DNA of 64,000 nt from Ophelia neglecta (lineage: Eukaryota), in the NCBI GenBank assembly GCA_965285935.1, contig OZ260662.1:82150001-82214000 (forward strand), read 5' to 3'. The position numbers were made by a program, and so were the translations under genes. Shown here piece after piece: positions 50,369 through 62,995 of this stretch (positions within the stretch are counted from its first letter, which is position 1; the number at the start of each line of letters is the position of its first letter). A model generated the notes under the pieces. It made no database searches. It saw only the letters and a program-made list of their open reading frames with translations, and had not been told where the DNA came from.

Positions 50369-53300
50369 CTGTAAAATTTGAAATTACACTTGAAATGTGA
50401 GTTAGAAGTTGTACAATCACATGTCTTACCATTAAGTATGGAGTTCACAAGACGCTAGGCAATATCCTTCAAGAAAGAAAATTAGGTAAAATAATCCCCA
50501 TATCTATGGCATTTCTGTGTACATGGACTTCCGATTATCTGGACTACATGTATATATGAGGACGATGAGGGTTATAGTAGGATCTGAGCCACCAGTATAC
50601 AGTATTGACATCTACACTTGGTTTGTTTGTTCCAAATCTATATAAGGAGTAAATTCACCACTTATAATATTTAATGGTTCTAACATCAACAACGTTATTT
50701 TGTATATTTCACCAACAAGGCTTATAACCTAATAAGCAAATTAATACAATTAAAAATGGTGATACCTATTATATATAATCATTCCTTTTTTGTACATCCT
50801 TGTATATCTTCATGTACATCAGCTTTCCTCTTTTGATTTGGCCTTGCAACTTAGTGAAATTATAGGTCAAATATGTATTAATAACAACAGCATATCATCT
50901 ATGTTCTTTTCATTATAAATGACAATAGCATATAATCTATGTTCTTTTTATTACGTGCCGGTTTTTCCTATATGTATGCCTAATATGGCTTACGTTACTC
51001 AAAATAACACGTCACTGCTGATGTTTCATATGAATTTATATCATTGTTCAATATGATGGACAGATCATATTGAAGCCCCTGATGTAAAGGGCTGGAATCC
51101 AGATAAATAGATAAAATTAATGTGATGAATTCGGACCAAAAGACATGGGCTGAGCAGCAGAAGCCATTATTTGATCTGTTCAGCGGTCATCATGATTTGC
51201 AATCATTTGTTCCGCTCCAACACAGCTCACTTTAATCAATCCACATAAGGTGTGTGGATTCAACAAGAAAAAAGTCATACATATCTGTCGACTTGAGCCA
51301 AACTGTAAAATTTATAGCGGATTGGAAGGTGATATGCCTAACTGTTTATGTAGAAGACTTAGTTGTCGTTAATCTGCATTAGACGTATTTTAACGTGTAC
51401 GTTGAAATATATCTATCCAATTTAATGATTAACCTTTTTTTGAGACACCAGTCACGCTAAAGTTTATTCTATTTAACATTCTTTATTTCTTTCACTTCAC
51501 ATTGAAAAAAAATATAGATTTTATGTGGGCTGATTCTCATCACCATGTCTCAGTCTGCACCTTGATAATATTTTTAAAATTCTGTATTCAAAGTGATGAT
51601 GGAGCAGACACAACATGTGTTGTTGAGCTCCGTTTGCAACTGCTTATTGTAATTTTGTACTTTATGAGTTTTGCATCGATATACATATTTAGCCAAGTAG
51701 TGGCAATAAAGACCCTTTTGAATTGAAAAATAATCGATGAGGCCAACTAAAGAAATAAAAAAGCTTATTTAAGTTATGTCTGTCTTTTTTTTTCATAGAA
51801 ATTTCCTATCTATAAATAAATGCAGTGAAATTACTATTTGTCTTTGTATTAACGTTCTTTCGAAGAAACTAAAAAGGTAGGCAATTATTTCAGTTATCTT
51901 AACTTTGAGTGTATGTCTAATAATAAGTTATAGACTTCTAGAAAACTAATGCAATACTTATGTAATATGGCATCAAGAAAGTTTTTGAAACAAAATAAGA
52001 TGTTTAGCAATCTTAAGCCCGTTAATCCCAAGTCGAAAAAAACTAATGGAATTTCACAATGAAACATTGTTTTATTTCTGGCTTTATCCTGGAGATTTAC
52101 TGACATTATCTTTGTACAAAGGGGAGACCTTGTGCTTATAGACCAACACGAAGGTAAACTCTGGTAGAAGTAATTGAAAAAGTGGTGAACATTAGTTTCC
52201 TACGTCGCACATTTCATGTTTAGAGTGTTTACAAGTACTTAAATCACCTATAAATGGACCCTAGTTGCGTATAATATATTGCTGCTGAAGGTTAAAAGAT
52301 GCGACCCCATTTTGTTCAGTTTGGATGACGCAAAATTGACTAGGGCTTTTTCCATAAGACGAAGGCACTTTTTTATTCCCATTTTGCTTACTTGGCGGAG
52401 AGCCTATTTGTTGTTTATGGGCCACTGAGGTGTCCTATGCTATGAACAACCAACACAACGAGTCAAATTTTACGATAATCAGTGACATGCTTTGAGATAG
52501 CCGTGAAACCGGCAAAGAAATGCCCTTCTGGGGAAAATACAGAACTTTGTATACTCGAAGGTTTCCTTTTCGTATATACTATAGGTCAGGGCGGGGGTCA
52601 AAGTCACTTTATGCATGGGTGCAATTACTCAATGATTCACCCGCGATAATCTAGTAATCACGGCTATGTTCTTAAAGAATGAGCATTGACCTCCAAAGGC
52701 GAGACGGGAGTGGCGTGTGCTTAGCTCCAGGACAAACGCTGGTGACAGTGTTTGTGGATGATCAACACATTCATGGCAGTTAACATTATCAAAGTGTCTC
52801 ATATCTTTGAACAGGGAAAAATGCATTAATAGGGATTATTACCAATAATATGTTTAGGAATGCATTTTTTAATATTTGGACAAATAACTCGCGCCCTGGA
52901 AATTCCCCGGGCTGCATGTGTTCTATGGATTCATTATGTCGCCTTTAGGTGACACGAGTCATCTCATCCGGATTGTCAACACGAGTTGGGGTAGATTGCA
53001 TGTTCAGGAAACGGTTATTGGCTGTAGGGAACGAATGTAACCGTAGATGTTGTCAAAACTAACACAAGTTTTATGATTATAAATAATTATTTTACTTGCC
53101 TCCTCGTGTGGCTTTTATCAGGAAACAAATGCAGTCAGTTTTCAGGGCAGATGTGAAAACAGTACGATAGTCAGACACAGAATTCGACGTATTTGTCTCT
53201 GTCACATGAATACCACGACTTGGATGGGCGAATGAGAGGAGAATCGATCAGGAAAATTGCCGCCTAATGCATTGTGTGAGAACCAAAGTCGGAGCGAGGT

Positions 53301-54207
53301 GATTGATTATCAAAACAAATACAAAGGAAAAAGAGGGGCTGGAGATAGCGACAAGCAGCTGAGGCCTTTGAAGTGAGTTGCTAATTGATTCACAAGCCAG
53401 TTTTTATGTTTGGCTCTGACTGCTGGCGATTTGGATGCATGCTTCACTGGCAGGAATGCGCTGGTGAAGCCCAGGATTTCGCGCCAATGCATTCGACTCT
53501 AAAATGGATTTCCAACATTCAACACTCCATCCTAAAGGTTTTGCGAGAATCCATGCTAGAAAAAACATCTATTTCAGATGGTTCTATGAGAATTGCGTTG
53601 CCAGCATGTACTGAAGAGAAGTGCATCGGGAGAGACATTTTATAACCTCAATAAGTATAGATCTCAATCCATCTCAACTAACTCAAAAATCTTCTCGATT
53701 GTGTTTTCCACCTACTTGAGTCGATCTTACACCACCTCGACTAATGGCTTTTGTCATGACGAGTAATGATAACTGTACAGCCAATCATGCGTGAAGAAGG
53801 CACCTCATCACTCTACTTAAAAAAGCTATATTGACGTGGATTCCCATGTGCCCATAAAATGTTTGAAAAGCCGTGTTTGAAGAACAGAAAGTCAGAGTTA
53901 AGTAAGACCTAGAAGGCCTCCCGATTGGATTGGCAATAATTGCGTTCTTATTTTTTTATTCCGCATCAATACACACGATAAGGCTGTAAGGACTATACGC
54001 TTTCTCTACATTCTCACACGTACCTGGAGCACCATCTCTATTTATGATTCGAGCAAAAAGATAATGATATATCATGTTTATGTTATACAACTGTATATAT
54101 AATTTTCATGAATACTGTAAAATCCTGTAAGTGTACATAAAGGGCTGAGAAGATACACGCGGTAATTATTTTGTATTCCTACTCCTCAGGCCAGTCTGCG
54201 ATCATCT

Positions 54208-54445
54208 GGGCCCGGTTTCTGGAAGCGGTGTTAAGTTTTGGATTAAATTAGCCTATTACCGATTAGCTTAGACTGCTTTAATCGGTGTTTCCATTGACCG
54301 GGATTAAGTTTAAGACCAAAATGGCTAGCTTTAAGACCAAATCAAGCTTCCAGTAACCCTGATAAGCAAATAAAGACCAATTAAGCACTTAAGTCCTGAT
54401 TTAAATCCGAGTTAAGAGTTACGACCGTTTCTAGAAACACGGCCC
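54208..54445. mobile_element. PIF/Harbinger-like MITE, ~238 bp
   Basis: Imperfect TIRs GGGCCCGGTTTCTGGAAGCGG / CCGTTTCTAGAAACACGGCCC; internal TTAAGACCAAA repeats; TSD not clean. Confidence 0.6.
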
Positions 54446-57400
54446 TAATGTCCGGAGTGGTTATAAGGGGGGGGGGGCAGTGAAAATATTTCATTTACTC
54501 TAAAGACTGGAAGAGGGAATGTTACTCTGAAGCCCGAGATGGGGGGGGGGGGGTGATCTGAATTTGAAACATTATCTGACTCGGGCTACATATTTATTTT
54601 ACACCGAGATTGTCAAATTACCGCCGCGAAAATTCTTAAAATTTAAGTTATTGGTTTTGTGAAGTGAAAACGACCGACTGACCTTGTTAACATAATTTAT
54701 ACCCAACTCCACTGAAAATCGTTCACCAATTATGTTAATGAAATATAATGAGAAGGAATGGTTTTGAAGAAAACGAATTAGGTTCCCTGTACATCTTTTC
54801 CGCAAATCCAATTTATCTGAGCAGATAACTCGTGACTCTATACAAAATTTGATTTTAGCAAAATTATCAACTCCTACTGAATAGTAAATGTGACAAAAAG
54901 TGTACATATAGGGTGCGCAAGGCCAGATGCTGGTAGACAACAGATGGGACACAATTTAGATTTATTACAGCGAACCTATTGGGGGATTGAGCTCATTTGG
55001 TACATCATATATATGTTTTTATTCAACAAAATATTTCGAATTGGGAAATGAAATGCCACGAACCGAATTAACGGAGACATAAGTAATGCATTAAATATGT
55101 TTTTAATTGGAAAGGCAAGCATGGATTCTTGGCTTGACTGATCTGCTGGCCGAGTCTCAATTTAGGACAACATGTTGTGGGTGATAACTGTCCGTTCGAT
55201 TAAGTTCGATACACTTTGAAATAATTGTTTAAACGAAGAATCTTAATAAAATCTGTACTTTAAGGTAAATAAATCTTTGTCCACGTTTAGTTATAATCCT
55301 CCCCCTCCCCCCCCCCCCCCCCCCTTATATATGCGACCTGCCACTCCGCTTATGAAAATAAGCCAATTTCGTGCTGTAGAGGGAGATAGGACAGAAAAAT
55401 CAAGCAAGGGCTCATTACACCCACAGAATACACATTAAATACTCCGATAGATTTGTGCCAGAGGCTATCTGTTGCATGAACGAGGTAAAAAGAGATCGAA
55501 AGTTCTATCAATTTGTGTACTGTTAGCATTACCCCGTGCTCGTGCTTTATGGTCGTCAGTCCATTGAGAGATAAATGTCAAATCATTTAAGGCTAAATCT
55601 ACTATGTCGACAAAAAGGAGCAGGTGGGAAAACCGTTGAGAATGTCTACCCCGTCTCGGATATATAGTGCCACGTTCTCATGTCTGATCTTTTGCCAAAG
55701 CCTCCGCATTTAGCGAACAAAATTAACCGTTGGGAGTTGGCAGTCCCTGAACTTTTAAACTAACGACACTGAGGCGCCGCGCCTATTAATGGTAAAATAT
55801 GAGGAGGTCCGGATTATATAAAGGAGAGATATATTACAAGAACGATGAAAAACACAACAGTTTTTTTAAGAGACATCTCACATTCTTACAAGTAGCTATT
55901 GTAATTTATAGGAAACTGGTATACTCTGACAGCGTAGTTATTTTTAACAATAATGTTCAAACATTGCGCACGCGCAGGTAACAATGACATATTGTCTAAC
56001 AGCAAAGGACGAAGTCATGTTGTGTACTATGTTTTAGGTGCCTGAAGACACGGCAGCGCTCCCTGGAATTGATGTGCTGGCCGTAGAAAACTACAGAGAT
56101 ATGGTTAACGACAACAGATCCTGGTCCCATGTGGCACGTGGTTGTCAGTGAAAAATGCAAAATACAATCTCTACTGAATACAGGAACAAGCTAACAAACT
56201 GCTTTAAAGCTCAGTTGACAATGATGATAAGTACCTGGGCTCAAATAAAAATAGCAGCAGCTCTTATATCACTGGCCCTTTAACTCTTGCCAATTTGATT
56301 CCGACAATCTGCCATATACACCCGTTGTCAAAAGTAGTGACTACGAAATGGTAGCTTAGGCCTTCTGAAGATGCAAGTAAAAATATCTATGTACGGAAAA
56401 ACAGGGTATCGTGATGAAGCATTTCTTCGATTGTAATCATAGCCGAGTTCATGTTAGATTGTGAGTTACAGAAAGATGAAAGACCATTTCAATACAAACC
56501 CGGAGTCGTCAACATAATGAGTGGGCAACCAAGTCGAAGGGAATTCGGAAAGGATACATGGAATATTTACATGCTCAGATGTTCTGTGTAGTTTCCCTGG
56601 CCTCGGGTTGATGCGGAAATTGAAGCTTTAACCCTAGTTTACGCACCATTTTACCTCGGTAAATGTCTCCATGGGACAACGGACATGCTATTCATACACT
56701 GTGTTACGAAGCGGATGTCAATAAAACGGCTCTACGATGTTGAGCAAATATTGGATTGTTCCTATCAGAACGCGATTTAACCTTGAAAAGATGATTAATG
56801 AAATTTGAATAAGTGTACAGAACCTTCAGATTGTTGATTTTTACCGACTGTAGGTGTTTTCTATATCAAAACGGCTGTCGTTACTTCCATTGTTGGTTGT
56901 TCCAAATTAAGCAGAACCTTTGCTAATTGGTAGAATCATTGATTAGTATTTAGTACTTGTACTGGCTATAGGCCTTTAATGGAGGACCTACTTAAATAAG
57001 AGACGTCTCGATATCATGTTCAGATAACGTCCTTTGTGTTTCTTGTCAAATATCGGTTGCAGAGAAGCAGAAATCAATTCATAACCTAGAGACTGGGTGA
57101 TAATAAGCAAAATTCATCCCAAACAAAAATTGTTGAATTGACCTACACTTTGGCATTTGTTTATTCTGTGAAGAAGAAAGCCGACCCGGATCGCATGTCT
57201 GCTAAGACGCTATGGGATGAAAAACCTCGCTACCTTTATCTTAAGAATGGCATGCAGTTGATGAACTACTGAATCAGATAGGACGGAGACACTGTCAGTC
57301 AGAGAAGCTTTGTTTGCTTGCCATCGAGTTGTCATTGTTATGAGGCCAGCAGCACAAAGGCCAGGAAAGACGTGGAGGTAATTACATGACTCGACGCGGA

Positions 57401-57647
57401 AAACGAGAGTCACGCACGTCAATGTACGTTCTCAAATGTACCACTCACATTTTATTAATTACTATGCCGGAAATTCGAAACAAATGAACCCTTTCAATGA
57501 AAGATCACGTTTAAAGGAGAGGTTAGAGTGGAAGATGAAAAGAAGGTGATTGCTTGGAGATTAAAGCTTCTCAAATCAGCAGGTCAAAGCAGGCCCACCA
57601 AGGAACTGAGTGTGTCCTGGGGTACGCTTATCTTTAGGAACACTCAC

Positions 57648-58028
57648 CCTCGTATCCGAGTAGAAAGAAACCCTCCGAGCTAGGTAGATTTTCAAGTACT
57701 CGGATCTCCACACTGTTTCCCACAGAGGTATACGCGTGACTAACCCTCTGCGCGGAGGAACAAATGTCGATATCCGTACGTCCATGGAAGTCCCGGATGA
57801 CCGCATATCGTTGGCAGACGGCCCCCGCCTCAGGTCCCGCAACCGAGGCCACGCTGAAGTCGTAGAGCGTCAGATTAATACGGCGGCCTTCAGGCACGGT
57901 GATACTGTATGGGCAACCGGATGTCCCGCCATGATCACGTGACGTCACACTTCGCGCAATGTATCCTGAGTCCGATGGCAAGATGGCCTCTCCTTCTGTG
58001 TGGCAGGAGTGAGGAGGGTAGGTGGCCA
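57648..58028 (-). CDS. Gene A, CUB-like domain exon
   Basis: ttccag acceptor and G|GTGAGT donor; 381 nt, phase 1-1. SGYIA..CPYSITVPEGRRINLTLYDF..C..YAVI..IC..YTSVGNSVEI..FFLLGYE matches the CUB strand pattern. Paralogous to 8920-9327. Confidence 0.85.
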
Positions 58029-59005
58029 CTGGAACAAAAACCGCGGGAAATAAATTGGCATGGCTACGAATACCAGAAATAATTATGCAGTACGTATATT
58101 ATGTCAAGATCACCATTTTCAGTATCTTCGCTACGATTCTTTATACAGACTCTTAAACTTGAGATACCATGGTGAACTGTTATTGCCGGCAGAGAACGCG
58201 CATAACATTCGACATTCTCCGCGAAAAAAACAAAACCCGGGATTTTCGATATTTTCCGGCACTGGTTCTGCTAGGAAAATCCAAGCGCTGCAAATATACA
58301 TTCAGAAACTTAAAAAATTCATTCCTGCAGACGTCATTTTGTATAATATATTCATAACCAACCATTGTATGAGGTACTACGATTTTGTGTAGTCTACATC
58401 CTTTACCCTGCGAGCTGATTTACCAATACAATATGGTCTGAGTTATGAATTTAAATTGGGCTGATAGCCTTCAGATCAAGGCCCCCACGAATAACTTGAT
58501 TATCGCTAATTTTCGATCTATTGCCATTTTCTGAATTTACTTGTTGTCATGTTAATGTACAAAAACATGATCTTGTGAAATGTGACACGACATTCTGTTG
58601 GATGGGTATATGCATTGACATAGAGAAGGCTATGATCAGACTCGGCATTAAGTGGAAAGCTAAACCTGTTAAGTAACCACGAAGCACTGTACATGGCAGG
58701 TATTTCCGTGTCGAGATTTGTCGCCGAACAGCCGATGAAACAGGTGTTCTGATTGAGACCCACGTTTTCTAGACGTGAAGTACGTCAGGACATGTAGTCA
58801 GATAAGACCTAGCCCATGATCGTTAATAATTTTCCCCATGGCTAGACACTCGAATGAGACACATATATATTGTAAGCCATAAATAGAATTTAAGCAGTAG
58901 AGGATGAGTGTACTTTGCATTGGCATCGTGTGTACATATGGATTATATTTTTCTTTATAAATGGACGTTTCTTGCAAATGAACTTATTTAGTACAAAAAA
59001 CTTAC

Positions 59006-59290
59006 AAGGTACACATTTATAGCTGGCTTCCAAATATCTCGTCAGATCTCCTATGCAGGGTTGAGCGGCATCCATTTCTGGGTCCGGTATTCGTATTTTG
59101 CACCCTCTTCTGCCAGAGCACTTCCGGTCCAGTATAGCGAGCATATTGGCCGAGCATCCGATGAAGCCAAAGTCCACTTTCACGCAGCGCCCAAGTCTCA
59201 TACGACCATATTGCGCATAATTCATAACAAGGACTTCGTTTTCACCACACTTGGCTTCAAATTCCTCTGTTGAACAATATTCCTTTATTT
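59006..59290 (-). CDS. Gene A, SUEL-type (galactose/rhamnose-binding lectin-like) domain exon
   Basis: ttcacag acceptor and T|GTAAGT donor; 285 nt, phase 1-1. Reads (E)IKEYCSTEEFEAKCGENEVLVMNYAQYGRMRLGRC...QPCIGDLTRYLEASYKCVP, with 8 Cys and the YGR and PC..YL motifs of SUEL domains. Paralogous to exons at 9544-9834 and 1105-1395. Confidence 0.9.
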
Positions 59291-61618
59291 CTGTGAAGAA
59301 AACAAAACAAGGTATAAGTTAATGCGAGCGTTTCGATTCGTTTCGTGCGCTGCGTATTTGAACGCGCGCGCTAAGGCACGCGTCATTACTTCGGATTTCG
59401 CGCGTTTTCTGTCACGACGTCATGATGAGGGGGGGGGGGGGACTAAAATAGCCGCTTACCGCGTGATCGGCCGCGATTTGCCCCCCCCCCCCCCCAGTTT
59501 CCCCTATTTCCTCCAGCCGCCCCCGCCGATGCTATATAAAGAACATTGCCCAATGGAAACTGGTGAGAAAGTAAAACTCATCTGCGCATGATAAAATGGT
59601 CCGTTTTGCGTTAATACTCGATGGCACATGTCAATTTGACACCGTTATATCTAGAACCAGATGTCCGTGATGTCTACATGATACCCTTAATACCCACAGT
59701 GGCGTACTAATTTTCTGATCTCCTTAACCACACTCGTCCATTAGCTACTCAAGAATACCCGAAACAGGGAAAAGTTCATTGGCAGAACACTGGATTGGCT
59801 GCTGGGCAATTGCAAATCCCGACGAAGGAATCGCTCACTGAATATGCACTTGTTTCCGCCGTCAAAGCTGGGCCATTTATTTAATTCAAACTGTGTATTA
59901 CGTGAAAATAATAAGCTATACATATTACATAAGCCTATAAACAATATGCGACATTGGTCTTTTAGAACTAAACTAAGGAAATGATCAATGTAATTTAATT
60001 ACATGGTGTAATTAATTAAGACGTCGGCCTACGCTAGCAAGCTATGAAAGAATTGTCATACAGATCACTTGAATCCTGATTATAAACAGAAACGGCATGA
60101 AGCTAGCGGAGCAATTCGGTCATGTGTAAAGATTAAGTTCTATGCCAAGTGAATCCATTGCAGCTCATTAAAGAATAAATCACACGTGTCCATTATTGGG
60201 GCGCGACAAGCTGCTCTGTCCTGAGGAAGAGTTACTAAACTATGCTGCCGGAAATAATTTCGACCGGTCGTAATCAGTTGCAAAAATCACTGAAAAACCT
60301 GGTAACCTTATGAATGAAAAAGTTCCCTTGATTACTGAGAACTATTGTCACACCTATTCGTCTTCCTTTAAGCGTATCACAGTGTACAGCATCTGTATAG
60401 CATATTATTCCTCAAAAATAGATTTAACTACTACTTAAAAGAAAACCAGAAAGCCTTGCAACACTTTGTTTTTGGACAAGTGGAAACCAGTGACACTCAT
60501 CTTGTAGTGATAGGTTATTCAAAGAGAATTACTGATTTCTACTGAAACTTTGAAAATCACAACATTTGAGGAGCGCAGTTATGTCAATGTAATTAAATCG
60601 GCTTATCTGACAAAGAGGAACTGAAACTGCTAACTATAACAATTGGAGGTGTAAAATAAGTTCATCAATATAAGCATTGAAAATATAAGCGCCAAATGGA
60701 TAAAATAATTATTGCAGAGTTAAATACGCCATATAGACGTTACCAGTATGGTTAGCACTTTCAATGTCTAGCCAAGGTAGTTAAATTAAATAGAAATTAT
60801 GATAGTTTTATTTTAGCATGCTCTTATTGATAAATAAACTATCAGAGTAAAGGAGTATAGGTCTATATCAGTTTCAAAACAACTGCATGCAAGATTTCGT
60901 ACAATCCAAATAAGGTTTTCCTTACAGTCGTGTTTGTTTAATTTTTATTCTCCAGATATATTATTTTGAATACTAAAATCATAGAGCGCACTTATCAAAA
61001 GTTGGCACAAGGCAAAATTTAACGTATTGGTGCAACTTTCGCGATTTTCTAAAATACAAAACGGCATTCAGTTTTGATAGTGCACTTTTACCGGCTCAAA
61101 CTTAGAAAATGTGATATTATACACAGTGGTTGGAAATCAAACAAGGAAAAAGTTAAAGACACTTATTATTCCAGCGAAAGTATGGAACAATTATATAAGC
61201 CTGCGGATTGGTGAACCAGGATTGAGGTGTAGTTAATACGACTGTTGGTGTCGGCTGTTTAAAGACGGTTGTTGTGATATATGCTGAAGCACAAATGATT
61301 GCAAGATTTAAAAAAAGAAGCACTACATGCCCAGAAGTCACATACATATAGTAATACATAGTAATAACTCTGTCGTCGTTATGACAATTTAGGCCTATTC
61401 CCAATACCCTGCTCACAGACAGCAACAAAACTCTCTAAGATCACTCGCTATATCAATCATATAAGGCCCATGCGTATGTAGTTCATTCAAAATATAATAA
61501 AGGATTACCATTATAGTTTACTTTTTTGTTTACCCTCATTACCCTAGCTTGTCTTTTTTTTGTTGCTTTCAAATTTCAAATTTGTCTGTCGAGAAATAAT
61601 GAGTTTGTATATCGTAAA

Positions 61619-61855
61619 TATTCCGGAAGCACCCAAGTGTCTAGACCTAATCCCTAGGAGACGCATTCCGCAATGACCCGACTGTCTAGACCTAATCCCT
61701 GGGCGATGCATTTCGGAATGACCCGACTGCCTAGACCTAATTCCCAGGCGATGCATTCCGTAGTGACCCGACTGTCTAGACCTCATCCACAGGCGATGCA
61801 TACTAGAATTACCCCACTGTCTATAGGCCTAATCCCAAGGCGACACATTCCGGCG
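61619..61855. repeat. 45-bp minisatellite, about 5 copies
   Basis: CTAGACCTAATCCC.GGCGATGCATTCCG.A.TGACCCGACTGT at 61641, 61686, 61731, 61776 and 61821. Confidence 0.9.
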
Positions 61856-62816
61856 TATATAGAATATAATTATTAATCTACCATGCACAATTTCGAATCA
61901 GCGCAAAAAGCTTTTCTTCTTATGCCTAATTAAGCATATTGGCTATTTTTGATAGAGTTAATTCGGTCAAATCTGCTTATGATAAAGTTCAAAGGCTTAA
62001 AAGATGCTCGGCCATCCACTACTACTACGACTGGAAAGTACAAAAAAATCAATCAATTAATTGCCAATCGATTGGGGATGTGTGTGACTGGACTAATTTG
62101 AAGAAGAAAAAAAAATGTCAGGAACAGTTTTTTTTCAAATACCACGTAAATGAGAACTCATGTGCAGAACACATCTCACATCTTTTCAATATCGGGGCTG
62201 AGCAGCAGCTGTATTTAAGCTCGGTAATGGTGTTTTCTTGGCTGGAGTTTAATACGGAAAGTACATGAAATGTTGCGTGTCAGAAGTGACAATGTAATCA
62301 ATTTATTTTGTATTCTTTTTCGGTAGTATTTTACATTGAAATGATGTTTAAAGAGGACGTCCGTTAGACCTGTCCACAAATGAAAATAAAATTTAGTTGC
62401 AATAGTGTGTAATATCGCCCAAGCATTCGCATGATGAATAATGTGTAGTCGAATCACTAGGTACAAGATGATGCCCGAGGCTTGCTGGAATATGGTCATG
62501 TTAACATATTCGGAATTAAACCTCCAGGAAACCAACCATGAATCAAGTTAGCTTGTTTTGTTTTGTTTTTTTGTTTGTAAAGATAAAAGACCTATAAATA
62601 CACCGCTGGCATTCTGAATCTCTCGAACGAGCAACTACGTAAGACCTGGTGACTGTTTAGTCCATTGTGGCCTATTTATAGTCCCCGACAATTTGTCCGT
62701 TGTCATATACCTGACCCTGAGCTGTAAAAATAATTGCCTGATTATTCAGTTGCTGAAAAAATGTTAGGCGTGTATTCCACCTGTCCATACCCTCTTTATA
62801 TATTCTATTTGCTATA

Positions 62817-62995
62817 CAGTGAAACCTGTGTTTGTGGTCACCTGTGTAATACGGCCACCTGCCCAATAAGGTCACCAAATAACAGCCCAATCCACATCTA
62901 TACCTGTGATAACTGACCTACCTATTAAGGCCACCTGCATAATATGGTCAGTTTTTTCCAGTCACGTGACTGACCTGATTAGACAGGTTTCCCTG
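62817..62995. mobile_element. Tc1/mariner(pogo)-type MITE, 179 bp, related to 37321-37498 in opposite orientation
   Basis: TA|CAGTGAAACCTGT ... ACAGGTTTCCCTG, with internal GG(C/T)CACCTG repeats. Confidence 0.75.

Noticed and set aside
61544-61876. Repetitive ORFs (GIRSRQSGH...)
   Set aside because: Translation of the 45-bp minisatellite.
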